Assembly: GCA_950097015.1 (NCBI GenBank)
Contig: CATNEN010000003.1
Location: 5,270,001 to 5,334,000 of the forward strand
Source: Macrostomum hystrix
Taxonomy: Eukaryota; Animalia; Platyhelminthes
DNA: 64,000 nt
Reading direction: 5' to 3'
Shown: in pieces, positions 32,784 to 45,400 of the stretch
Position numbering within the stretch: the first letter of the stretch is position 1
Layout of the letters: every line of letters begins with the position of its first letter
Translations under genes and position numbers: made by a program
Notes under the pieces: model-generated
What the model saw: only the letters and a program-made list of their open reading frames with translations
Databases searched by the model: none
What the model was told of the DNA's origin: nothing

Positions 32784-35700
32784 TATAAAATTTACTTTAG
32801 GATTAGCTACAAAACTGCTTTATGATTTTCACAGATACTAATACCTAAATACCTATACCTATTTAGTATCTGTGATGATTTCTAAGCTCTACTTTTTCAT
32901 GAATAATATTATTTTAGCAATATTACAAATTTCTGTTCTGATTTTAATTTACGATGTGCTCACGCGAATTAGTATAGCAGTTGGCACGCAAGTATATATT
33001 CTACAAGCCTTTACAACGCTTTAGACAACATTACCAATTTCATTGAAATCTTTGTTTTCATGTGTTCATGTGTTAATTTGAGAAGATTATATCATGACGA
33101 ATCCAAGAAATGTCTCCTGAAAGAAAACAAATCCAAAATATGTCCATCTTAAAAATCATTCATAAATTAGCAGCAAAAAGTTACTGTCATTGTTTCCTTA
33201 AATTATCCTGAATGCCTAATATTATAAACAATTTTTTAAATCAATTTTAATTAATTTGCAAAAAACGTCTTCCAATCTAACAACGTTGCTATAGCAAATT
33301 TGCTATAGTGCGTACTTCAGAGAGCTCTAATGCACCACGTTATTAATGTATCAATCAAAAGTTCGATAAAATCGTGAATGAAGTTGCATAACTCTAGTTT
33401 AAAAAATAAAATAATTTTTTAGCTCTAAATTTTTTGTGACCAAATTCAAATAAAATCTCCTTCCGTGTAGTCGATATACAAGTTGCGCGGTACTTGAATT
33501 CGCGTTCGTTTGTATTAGCGTGCTGAGTGGCATAACAAAGTTTCATTTACAAAACACTTAGATAAGGTGCAGTGAAGGTTAAACTTGTAAAGAGGGATCG
33601 ATTTAGCCTAAATTAAGATGTGGTTAAACTTGTAACTATAAAAACTTTACTTTAGATTTGATTCTTGAAAAGAAAAGATTCAATTTAAAAGACAAGCTGA
33701 ACTAATAAATTTTAATAATTTAATTTCTCCCTGTCTACTGACCTATAGAAGTCTATAGTAAGTTTAGTATCTATACTAAGTTTAGTATCTATACCCCATG
33801 TATGAATAAGATTTATAGTACGCATCGTACGCATGTAAATTTAATTGTTTCTAAGCTGTATTTCTATAATAAATTACTTTGATACAGACCTAAAAAACAG
33901 AATCTAACGTTTCTTGCTCAATTGTATCTCGAATGAATTTTGAAATAAGGCACTAAGTTACCCAATCAATGCACCATCAAAAGTGTGGGTATGTGGTATG
34001 GTATTTAAGTCAAATGATTAAATAAGTCAAATAAGTCAAATAAGTAAACTGATTTTAAGTCCAGAAACATATTATTAACTATAGTTCTTAATTTAATCAA
34101 ATATATTAGAATCACTAATTTATTTAATAAATAATTTGCAAGTCTCTTATAACTATAACTATAACTATACAAGCCATTAGCTTCACAATTCTTATTAGCT
34201 TTGATGCATTTTTCAATTTGATCTATTTTATTATTTTGTTTAGCTTGTGATTTATTGAGTTAGCTCAACATGGCATATGTCAATGATTGTTATTATTTGC
34301 TATCTTCAAATTGATACGATTATAGCATAGGCCTATATATTATTATAAACAGTTGTAATAGCACCACAATTCTTATGATTATGTCCATGTTTAAAATTTA
34401 AACTGTGCTATTATTTATTATTAAAAATCTTTATAATGTTAAACATAATTATGTGGGAGTAGCATTTATTATTTTTAATTTGATACATTATTTCTTTTGT
34501 AAATGTCTATGTACACCTAAACAAACCATTATATCCACTTTGAATAGCTATTTATTAGAAAAAAACACCATTCTTGCTTGGATTTCATCTGTCTTAGTTG
34601 CATTGGTATAGTAGGCAATACTCAAAGTTAGAAGACTGCATTTTAATTACTGAAACTAGTGTAACAGTTAGCCACTTTATAAATACGTTCTTTCTAGTAT
34701 AAAAATTGTAAAAATAAATAAAATAAAAAATGCACCAAAAAAAATAATTTTTGTTTATCTTTGTACCGTATTGAAAGTAATGCTTATGTAAATAATTTTG
34801 TTTTAATACTGTATCCTGTAAATAATACTTTGTAAAATATTATCGTTTTAACAAAATGTCAATTTGCTCTGTATAAATAGCCGCGAGTTTTGACCAGGAA
34901 AAATAAAGGTTGGGACAAACAAACCAGAGTGTTAAAGAGTCTAAAGTGTCTCTGAAGTTTTCTTGTAAGAAGTTGAAGTTAAAGACAAGTGTTCTAAGGT
35001 GTTTTCAAGAGTTTAAAGAGTGAGTTTAAAGTGAGATAATTTGAAGTGTGTAAAGAGTTGAAATTGAAGGAGTTTTAGTGTGTTTGTAAAAAGAGTTTTT
35101 AAGTGTGTTAAAAAAAAGCAAATTTCCGAAGGTATTGCATTGTGTTATTCATTTTAAGAAGAAAAAGCAGTGAGAGATATAATCAGAATTATACTCAGGA
35201 ATTATACTAAGAATATTACAGAAGAGAAACTGCTAAACTCTAATCTCGGGGACGCCTAATTGACTGGAAACGTGTACAGTTGCCTAGTTACCGCTCGTGC
35301 ATATATAAATGCTACCATTTGAGAAGTTAAAACGGCCCATTTAAGGACCGCCATTTAAAATTATCTATTAGTTGAGTCAACAGCAGTGGAATTATTAAAA
35401 TAGCCCAAGAACAACTTTGGTGGCATTCAGTAGAATTAAGTAAAAAGAAGTAAAGCCCTAGTACAACTTTGGTAACAGCGGTGGGATAGTTAATTTCCAC
35501 CTGTAACAACTTCGGTGTCAGCGTCAGCGATAGAATAAAAGTTAAACTTATTAAATAAGGCCTGCAACACTAGTTATAATATAACTTTACTAGGGGGCCT
35601 AGTGTCTTTACTAGCTTCTAGGTAAATTAACCAAATTTCTTTATGCCAAATTTTTTGTTTGGATTGTGATTTTTTAATGTGTAATGTTAAGTTTTTAGGT

Positions 35701-36479
35701 TGAAAACATACAAGTATATGCTCCCTAACCTATGGTTTTAGGAGTAGCTAGTTTAATTAATTTAATTGCAACTTAACAGTAGGACTACCAAGTCATTTTG
35801 CTGCCTGTTTTTATACCAAATGGGTGCTTTCCCCCACCCCTGAAAATGTTTTTGCCAGCACCTGAGTGCTTTGGGGGTGACTGATTGGTTGACAGACTAG
35901 TTGAGGGTGTCCTGTGGTTGAGCTGCGCCTAATAGTTAGGCTTGAACAGTGAAATTGGAGAAATTCGCATCAGGGTGTCCATAGTTGCCTAGTTCCACCT
36001 ATTGTAGCTCTTTAAGGTCTAGATAGATAAGAGAGATAAATCTAGATAAAGGTCAGTGACTGCCGAAGTTGGAGATGATGCAAGCACATTCGGGTGACAT
36101 GCTGATAAAGTTTGAAGGTCTGGAAAGGCCGCACTGAGGCGCAGTGCAAATGTATAGGGGTGTATGAAATACTCTAGCTCTTATGGGAAAAATCGGACCT
36201 TTGGCCAGAAACATTGAATGTCTTGATGGTCTGAAGAGCTGGCGACTTGTTTCTTGTTCTAGAAGATGCGCAACAAAAAGTTGGCCCATGTTCTTGAGTT
36301 TCGTGTGCTTGCCTTGTTCCGTTTGGGTGCGGCAAAAAATTGTTAGGGGGGGATTCCCCTTGGTAGTTCTACTGTTAAGGTAACAAAAAAAGAAACTCTA
36401 AATGATACTTTAATATAACCTAAACTCTACCAATGCCAGTGAAATAATATATATTACTATAAACATAGTGCATTATCTT

Positions 36480-37340
36480 CCACCTCTACCTCAGGCTCTA
36501 TTGAGCCATACTTCGAAATTCATTCCACTTTTACCTCAGGCTTAAGTGAGTCATTCTTTCGAGATCCATTCCATCATTACATTGGGCTCTATTCAGATCT
36601 AATCCACCTCTACCTCAGGCTCTATTCAGATCTAATCCACCTCTACCTCAGGCTCTATTCAGATCTAATCCACCTCTACCTCAGGCTCTATTCAGATCTA
36701 ATCCACCTCTACCTCAGGCTCTATTCAGATCTAATCCACCTCTACCTCAGGCTCTATTCAGGTCCAATCCACCTCTACCTCAGGCTCTATTCAGGTCTAA
36801 TCCACCTCTACCTCAGGCTCTATTCAGGTCCATTCCACTTTTACCTCAGGCTTTAGTGAGTCATTCTTTCGAGATCCATTCCATCATTACATTGGGCTCT
36901 ATTCAGATCTAATCCACCTCTACCTCAGGCTCTATTCAGATCTAATCCACCTCTACCTCAGGCTCTATTCAGATCTAATCCACCTCTACCTCAGGCTCTA
37001 TTCAGGTCCAATCCACCTCTACCTCAGGCTCTATTCAGGTCTAATCCACCTCTACCTCAGGCTCTATTCAGGTCCATTCCACTTTTACCTCAGGCTTTAG
37101 TGAGTCATTCTTTCAAGATCCAATCCCTCTACCTCAGGCTCTATTCAGGTCCAATCCACCTCTACCTCAGGCTCTATTCAGGTCCAATCCACCTCTACCT
37201 CAGGCTCTATTCAGGTCCAATCCCACTGGTAAATCCCACTGATCAGTTTTTTTCTCTACCTCTGGCTCTTCTCAGGTCTTTTTTTGAGATACATTCCACC
37301 CCTACCTCTGGTTCTATTCAGATTCCACCTCTAACTTCGG
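36480..37340. repeat. 33-bp minisatellite (CTCTACCTCAGGCTCTATTCAGATCTAATCCAC)n with periodic interrupting blocks
   Basis: Visible array; the interruption GTGAGTCATTCTTTC recurs at about 36546, 36856 and 37100. Confidence 0.93.
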
Positions 37341-37784
37341 CCCGTTGAGTGAGGATTCTTATCCATAAATTTCTTGAATTTTGTTACTTTTATTTTGGTT
37401 TTGTCCTTATCTTACTACTTTTTGGTGTTTTTTGGAAGCTTAGTAAGTAGTTAATATGTCAGCGACCTATGTGCTTCCTAGTGGTTATTGAGTGCAAGCT
37501 TTATTTACGAATTAAAGTGTAAAATTGTTTACAAGGGCTTACAATTATGACAGAGAAGTGTTCAAAGTTCGTTTAGTAAGCTATAGTGATTGATTGTATT
37601 TTGGTAGATTGCATTTCTTATTGTTGTAACTTTTGAAAGTCTTACTCAGTGCTTTATTTGTGAATGGTTTTTTTATTTTTGTCTTCTCGTAACTTAGGAC
37701 AATATCACGAGGTTATTAGGATTTTTAAAAATATGTAATGGAAGTAGGAATTCAAATTAGCAATGCTAGGGACCAGGTTTACTG

Positions 37785-37865
37785 GCGCTTCTAAAGACTG
37801 CGTACATCAGTTCAGTCCATAGACTGGGGCTGGGGGCCGAGATTCGAACTCCCGACCTTTCGGCC
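37785..37865 (-). mobile_element. SINE family A fragments
   Basis: GACTGCGTAC..GTTCAGTCCAT.GACTGGGG and TTCGAACTCCCGACCTTT match parts of the 27110 copy. Confidence 0.5.
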
Positions 37866-39219
37866 AGAAGTACCAAGCTATAAAGAGATGATTACAAGCT
37901 ACCTGACTATGTTCTTGCTTAACTTAAACGTGCCATTGTGTTTGTGTGTGCATCATCGTGCGTCATCGCAGTTCTCAAAATAGTCTGTCCGAAATTCTCT
38001 TAAATGTCTCAACTCGTGTAGCTGAGGTATATATATTTGACATTAGGTATCATTGCATTTTAGCATTGTTTACAGTCGTGTTTGGCTAGTCACTAAAAAA
38101 GAAACGAATATGAAAAGTAACGATTACTATCTCGTTACTTTGAAATTACACAATTTTTACATTTGCGTGTCTTATTAGTTTTTTATGATTCTAGTACCTG
38201 GATGTACTAAATCTTTAAACCGAATCTTTTTTTTAAGAACTAAGAACATGTTTAAGAGAGTCTGGGTAGGTAGACACATCTGTATTTATTAATAGTTTTA
38301 TCATGGTTGTTATGTGTGCGGCCTTTATAGCTGTCAATATCTAGCTGCACTCAGTTACTTTACTTTACCGTCTGTTTGTGTGTGACGTCAGCAACTTTGT
38401 TTACGGGGCTTGAGGTCTGGCTGTTTTGTACTCCCCGCGTGTTTTTTGCGCTCTATTATTATAATTGCTTGATTTTTCTTTCTCATTTTACAGTCTTATC
38501 GCTCGCCTTCTCTCTCTCCCCCTCAAGTCCGAGATTTCTTGAGATCGTTCTCTCTGTTTCTCAAACTATTTATCCTACTCTCGACCAAACCAACCCATCT
38601 CAGAACAATAGAGAACTTAAACAATGACATGAGTTGGCCTTCTCTTATATTATGTTCCATTTTCTATTATTAGATATTGCTCAGTCTATTCATAATTATT
38701 TGACAGAGAAAGCTCACAGTATAGGAAGGGGCTAGAGAGAAGGTCTGTAGAGAGTTGGTTCTTACTTCTTAGCTTCACGAAATGTTGTTTACGCAGTCTG
38801 GCACAGTGAACTCTACCTTATTTTTTGTATGCCTGTTCTGTTCTGTACCATAGTTTACCGTAGATTTATAAATTAATCAGTTGGACCATTCTGAACTGAA
38901 GCGGTATAAGTAGCTCGTAATTATAGGACGCACCGGCCCGTTGGTTACATTACATTTGAAGGTCGTTGGTTGTTGCCGAAATTTGGTTTAACTTCTTATC
39001 AGTTTTTAGTTGCCAAGTTAGCTATTTTTCTTTGCACCATTAGTTAGGCTGACCTTGGACAAAATCTGCGAACTCGCACTCTAAGAATTTCTGATTCGTT
39101 AATTTTCCGTGGCACCTACTATAAAGTGAAATTACCGAGTTTACCAGTAAAATTACCGAAATCACATGTGTAATGATTGAATTCAGTAGTGCAATTGTCA
39201 AGTTTACTTGTAGAAGTAC

Positions 39220-40655
39220 TGAATTTACCAGTGGGATTACCGAATTTACCAATAGGATTACCGAAGTTACCGATAGGATTACCGAAGTTACCAGTAGGAT
39301 TACCGGATAGGATTACTAGGATTAGGATTACTAGTAGGATTACCGAATTTACCAGTAGGATTACCGAATTTACTAGTAGGATTACCGAATTTACCAGTAG
39401 GATTACCGAATTTACTAGTAGGATTACCGAATTTACCAGTAGGATTACCGAAGTGACCAATAGGATTACTGAGTTTAACCATAGGATTGCTGAATTTAAC
39501 CATAGGATTACTGAATTTAACCATAGGATTACTGAATTTAACCATAGGATTACTGAATTTAACCATAGGATTACTGAATTTAACCATAGGATTGCTGAAT
39601 TTAACCATAGGATTGCTGAATTTAACCATAGGATTGCTGAATTTAACCATAGGATTGCTGAATTTAACCATAGGATTACTGAGTTTAACCATAGGATTGC
39701 TGAATTTAACCATAGGATTGCTGAATTTAACCATAGGATTGCTGAATTTAACCATAGGATTGCTGAATTTAACCATAGGATTACTGAATTTAACCATAGG
39801 ATTACTGAGTTTAACCATAGGATTGCTGAATTTAACCATAGGATTGCTGAATTTAACCATAGGATTACTGAATTTAACCATAGAATTGCTGAATTTAACC
39901 ATAGGATTGCTGAATTTAACCATAGGATTACTGAATTTAACCATAGGATTGCTGAATTTAACCATAGGATTACTGAATTTAACCATAGGATTGCTGAATT
40001 TAACCATAGGATTACTGAATTTAACCATAGAATTGCTGAATTTAACCATAGGATTGCTGAATTTAACCATAGGATTGCTGAATTTAACCATAGGATTACT
40101 GAATTTAACCATAGAATTGCTGAATTTAACCATAGGATTACTGAATTTAACCATAGGATTGCTGAATTTAACCATAGGATTACTGAATTTAACCATAGAA
40201 TTGCTGAATTTAACCATAGGATTGCTGAATTTAACCATAGGATTGCTGAATTTAACCATAGGATTGCTGAATTTAACCATAGAATTGCTGAATTTAACCA
40301 TAGGATTGCTGAATTTAACCATAGGATTGCTGAATTTAACCATAGGATTGCTGAATTTAACCATAGGATTACTGAATTTAACCATAGAATTGCTGAATTT
40401 AACCATAGGATTGCTGAGTTTAAACATAGGATTGCTGAATTTAACCATAGGATTGCTGAATTTAACCATAGGATTGCTGAATTTAACCATAGGATTGCTG
40501 AATTTAACCATAGGATTGCTGAATTTAACCATAGGATTACTGAATTTAACCATAGGATTGCTGAATTTAACCATAGGATTGCTGAATTTAACCATAGGAT
40601 TGCTGAATTTAACCATAGGATTGCTGAATTTAATCATAGGATTGCTGAATTTAAC
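39220..40655. repeat. 21-bp minisatellite (ATAGGATT[G/A]CTGAATTTAACC)n
   Basis: Visible array grading from a TTACCGAATTTACCAGTAGGA variant; source of three spurious long ORFs. Confidence 0.97.
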
Positions 40656-41554
40656 CGCAATCCACCAATCACCAATCCTATGTATTTACCAATCTTATGT
40701 ATGTACCAATCTTATGTATTTACCAATCTTATGTATCAGTCGAGTTACCGAATTTACCAGTAAAATTACTGAATTTTCCAGTAGAATTACCGAATTGACT
40801 ATTGCAATTCATTACATTCAGTAGGATCTTAGGCACACAGTTTTTAGTTTGCAGTTACATCGAAGCAAAAAAAATTGAATCAGTTTATTCCGAGTAAAAA
40901 TTAAATTAATTTGTACAAGCGATATGCAAAACCTTTGCTAAATTAATAAAAACCGTAAGCTTTTAATGGTGTGTCTATGCATAAAGTGTTAGATTCCGAC
41001 CAAAACTTGCTCTGTCGCACTTTAACCGACTGCTATTTTCCGCATTTCTCTCCGCACCCTCTCAGAATTAGGCACGCTTATTAACAAGCCCCAGTGCTGC
41101 CTACTTGGTAGTCGGGGCTATGCACTTTAGGTGCCCTTATCCTCTCCTCCGTACCCGGCTGTTTATCTTCTCTAGCATATAGAGAACTTATTTCTGAACA
41201 GCACACCAAGGCTAAGTGTGTCAGCCTCTGCCCCGCTGTTTATCTGCGCACGATACGACCCTGCAGTGTCCCGTCTCCTCCTAAGACCTTCTTCGTACCC
41301 TGAAGCCAAGCCACCCACCCTCTCACCACTCTGTCCCTTCTTCGCTCCACACCCTAAAAGTAAACGTTCATGCCCAAATCTTTCTCTCCTCTCTTAGCCA
41401 ATAGAAAGTCCTTGTTTGTGAAATTCTTTTTTTGGGTTAGATAGAGAGGGCTGTTTACTCCTCTTCTTGTCCTTGCATTGCACTCCCTCGTTCATCTGGC
41501 GTAACCAAGTGGCCGCACGCACGCAACACGCACCCAACGCACCCTCCTAGCGGG

Positions 41555-41727
41555 CCAATGAAAAGTTATTGACGCTCTCTGTGCGTTTGGAAATTCGCCT
41601 GGCCTTAGCGCCGGATGGTTAGGAAAGACAGACTGTTTTGAGGAGGGGGATCAGGTCATCCTGTCCTTCTCTCCCCTCCCTTCCCGCCCCCCTCTCCTCC
41701 TAGTCAGCCGACTTATTTTATATAAAG
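41555..41727 (+). promoter_or_regulatory. Putative core promoter of the nuclear receptor gene (CCAAT, AGGTCA half-site, GC box, TATA)
   Basis: CCAAT at about 41555, AGGTCA at about 41653, CCCGCCCC at about 41683 and TATATAAA at about 41720, 130 nt upstream of the ATG. Confidence 0.45.
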
Positions 41728-41848
41728 CAATCGACGGACTTTAAAGTCTTCACTTGGCCGCAAAACAGAACACTGTGTCCCAGGCCCAAATTTTGAGGCT
41801 AAAATTATCGCATTCAACAAAGCGTCCATCCTCGCTAAGAGTAGACGA

Positions 41849-42417
41849 ATGCTACCGTCAGGCAGACCGATTCATTTTACAAAATCTGGCGTTGTGCATA
41901 GAAAAAAATGTCGCCACCCGAAGACGCCGGCTGATTTGATGCATCGCTACTGCCTGGTCTGCGGTTGCAAAGCTGAGAACTACAATTTCGGCGTAATCAG
42001 CTGCGAATCGTGTAAGGCATTCTTTCGTCGCAACGCGCACAAGCAGACCCTTGGCGAGGCCGGGTTCGCTTGCAGCTTCCGACGCGGCGGTTGCGAAGTC
42101 TCCCTAGCAACCAGGAAGAAATGTCCCGGCTGTCGGCTGGCCAAATGCTTCGCTGTTGGCATGCAGGCCGAACTAATTCAAAAGGCCGATCAGCTTCTGG
42201 CCATTCCGCAGCCGCCGCAGCAGCCGCTGATGTTGCCTTGCGCCGAGCAGTCTCCATCTTCGTCGCCTTTGTCGGCTTTTCCATCTAGGTCGATGTCGAT
42301 GTCAATGTCATCGTCGGCTTCGTCGTTTGGTCCGGCGTTTCAGAGGGGGCCGCAGCAGCCGCCGCCGCCGATGCTGCAGCTCCCGCTGATACCGCCACCG
42401 CCACTTCAGCACTATCT

Positions 42418-42454
<37 letters not shown>

Positions 42455-45400
42455 TCGACTATCTCTAGCTTCCCCAATCCCGCTCAGCTAGTTGACGCTC
42501 TATCCAATGCCGAGCACAGCGATCATCTGCTGCGCCTTTGGCAGCGTCTCCAGTCGCCAGATCAAAGCCTTCCGCCGTCGTTCTACACGGAGCCGTGGGC
42601 CAGCGGCGAGCCGGCCGGAGATCACAGATGCGCCAATGTACTATTGGTTGACTTCTTTGCCGAACTGCGCCAATTAGTGCGCGACACAATGATGTGCGAT
42701 ATTGGCACCAGTTCTATCACCAACGTGTCAATTCTAGAAGCCTTTGTTCATCAGGCCGCCAAGTTTATTTCTGGCCTGCGCCAAATGGACCAGCTAGATC
42801 GGTCTCACTTCCTTACCTTAATACGCTGCCGGCTGCACTCTGTGCTGTTTCCGCTGTCCGGCGCCGGCTATTGTTTAGACGATGAAAAATTCTACTTTAC
42901 TATACAAGGTCAGCGAAGGCAGTGTCACCCGATTCAACTGTTTATCGATCTGGTAAGTCTGTGGGAAGTTAAGCGCTGAAAGTCCTGCGGTCGATGGAGG
43001 TTTTAGAAAGATGGTTCCTGAAGGTTTAGGAAAAGAGTCCAGTTGAAGGTTTAGTAAGGAAGATGGTTCCTGAAGTTTTAGTAGGGAAGATGGTCCCTGA
43101 AGGTTTAGTAAGGAAGATGGTTCCTGAAGTTTTAGTAGGGAAGATGGTCCCTGAAGGTTTAGTAAGGAAGATGGTTCCTGAAGGTTTAGTAAGGAAGATG
43201 GTCCCTGAAGGTTTATTTTAGATGGTTCCTGAAGGTTTAGTAAGGAAGATGGTTCCTGAAGGTTTAGTAAGGAAGATGGTCCCTGAAGGTTTATTTTAGA
43301 TGGTCCCTGAAGGTTTAGTAGGCAAAATGGTTCCTGAAGGTTTATTTTAGATGGTTCCTGAAGGTTTATTTTAGATGGTTCCTGAAGGTTTATTTTAGAT
43401 GGTTCCTGATGGTTTATTTTAGATGGTTCCTGATGGTTTATTTTAGATGGTTCCTGAAGGTTTATTTTAGATGGTTCCTGATGGTTTATTTTAGATGGTT
43501 CCTGAAGGGTTATTTTAGATGGTTCCTGAAGGTTTATTTTAGATGGTTCCTGAAGGTTTATTTTAGATGGTTCCTGATGGTTTATTTTAGATGGTTCCTG
43601 ATGGTTTATTTTAGATGGTTCCTGATGGTTTATTTTAGATGGTTCCTGAAGGGTTATTTTAGATGGTTCCTGAAGGGTTATTTTAGATGGTTCCTGAAGG
43701 GTTATTTTAGATGGTTCCATAAGGGTTATTTTAGATGGTTCCTAAAGGTTTAGTAGGCAAAATGGTTCCTGAAGGTTTATTTTAGATGGTTCCTGAAGGT
43801 TTATTTTAGATGGTTCCTGATGGTTTATTTTAGATGGTTCCTGAAGGTTTATTTTAGATGGTTCCTGATGGTTTATTTTAGATGGTTCCTGAAGGGTTAT
43901 TTTAGATGGTTCCTGAAGGGTTATTTTAGATGGTTCCTAAAGGTTTAGTAGGCAAAATGGTTCCTGAAGGTTTATTTTAGATGGTTCCTGAAGGTTTATT
44001 TTAGATGGTTCCTGAAGGTTTATTTTAGATGGTTCCTGAAGGTTTATTTTAGATGGTTCCTGATGGTATATTTTAGATGGTCCCTGAAGGTTTATTTTAG
44101 ATGTTTCCTGAAGGGTTATTTTAGATGGTTCCTGAAGGGTTATTTTAGATGGTTCCTGAAGGTTTATTTTAGATGTTTCCTGAAGGTTTATTTTAGATGG
44201 TTCCTGAAGGTTTATTTTAGATGGTTCCTGATGGTTTATTTTAGATGGTTCCTGATGGTATATTTTAGATGGTTCCTGATGGTATATTTTAGATGGTTCC
44301 TGAAGGTTTATTTTAGATGGTTCCTGAAGGGTTATTTTAGATGGTTCCTGAAGGTTTATTTTAGATGGTTCCTGAAGGTTTATTTTAGATGGTTCCTGAA
44401 GGGTTATTTTAGATGGTTCCTGAAGGTTTATTTTAGATGGTTCCTGAAGGTTTATTTTAGATGTTTCCTGAAGGTTTATTTTATATGGTTCCTGAAGGTT
44501 TATTTTAGATGGTTCCTGAAGGTTTATTTTAGATGGTTCCTGAAGGTTTATTTTAGATGGTTTCTGAAGGTTTATTTTAGATGGTTCCTGAAGGTTTATT
44601 TTAGATGGTTCCTGAAGGTTTATTTTAGATGTTTCCTGAAGGTTTATTTTAGATGGTTCCTGAAGGTTTATTTTAGATGTTTCCTGAAGGTTTATTTTAG
44701 ATGGTTCCTGAAGGTTTATTTTAGATGGTTCCTGAAGGTTTATTTTAGATGTTTCCTGAAGGTTTATTTTAGATGTTTCCTGAAGGTTTATTTTAGATGG
44801 TTCCTGAAGGGTTATTTTAGATGGTTCCTGAAGGTTTATTTTAGATGGTTCCTGAAGGTTTATTTTAGATGTTTCCTGAAGGTTTATTTTAGATGTTTCC
44901 TGAAGGTTTATTTTAGATGGTTCCTGAAGGGTTATTTTAGATGGTTCCTGAAGGTTTATTTTAGATGGTTCCTGAAGGTTTATTTTAGATGTTTCCTGAA
45001 GGTTTATTTTAGATGTTTCCTGAAGGTTTATTTTAGATGGTTCCTGAAGGTTTATTTTAGATGGTTCCTGAAGGTTTATTTTAGATGTTTCCTGAAGGTT
45101 TATTTTAGATGGTTCCTGAAGGTTTATTTTAGATGTTTCCTGAAGGTTTATTTTAGATGGTTCCTGAAGGTTTATTTTAGATGGTTCCTGAAGGTTTATT
45201 TTAGATGTTTCCTGAAGGTTTATTTTAGATGTTTCCTGAAGGTTTATTTTAGATGGTTCCTGAAGGGTTATTTTAGATGGTTCCTGAAGGTTTATTTTAG
45301 ATGGTTCCTGAAGGTTTATTTTAGATGTTTCCTGAAGGTTTATTTTAGATGTTTCCTGAAGGTTTATTTTAGATGGTTCCTGAAGGGTTATTTTAGATGG

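Noticed and set aside
39177-40824. 445-528-aa heptad-like ORFs (RIAEFNH)n
   Set aside because: A 21-bp unit without stops is open in several frames and on both strands; there is no unique coding flank.
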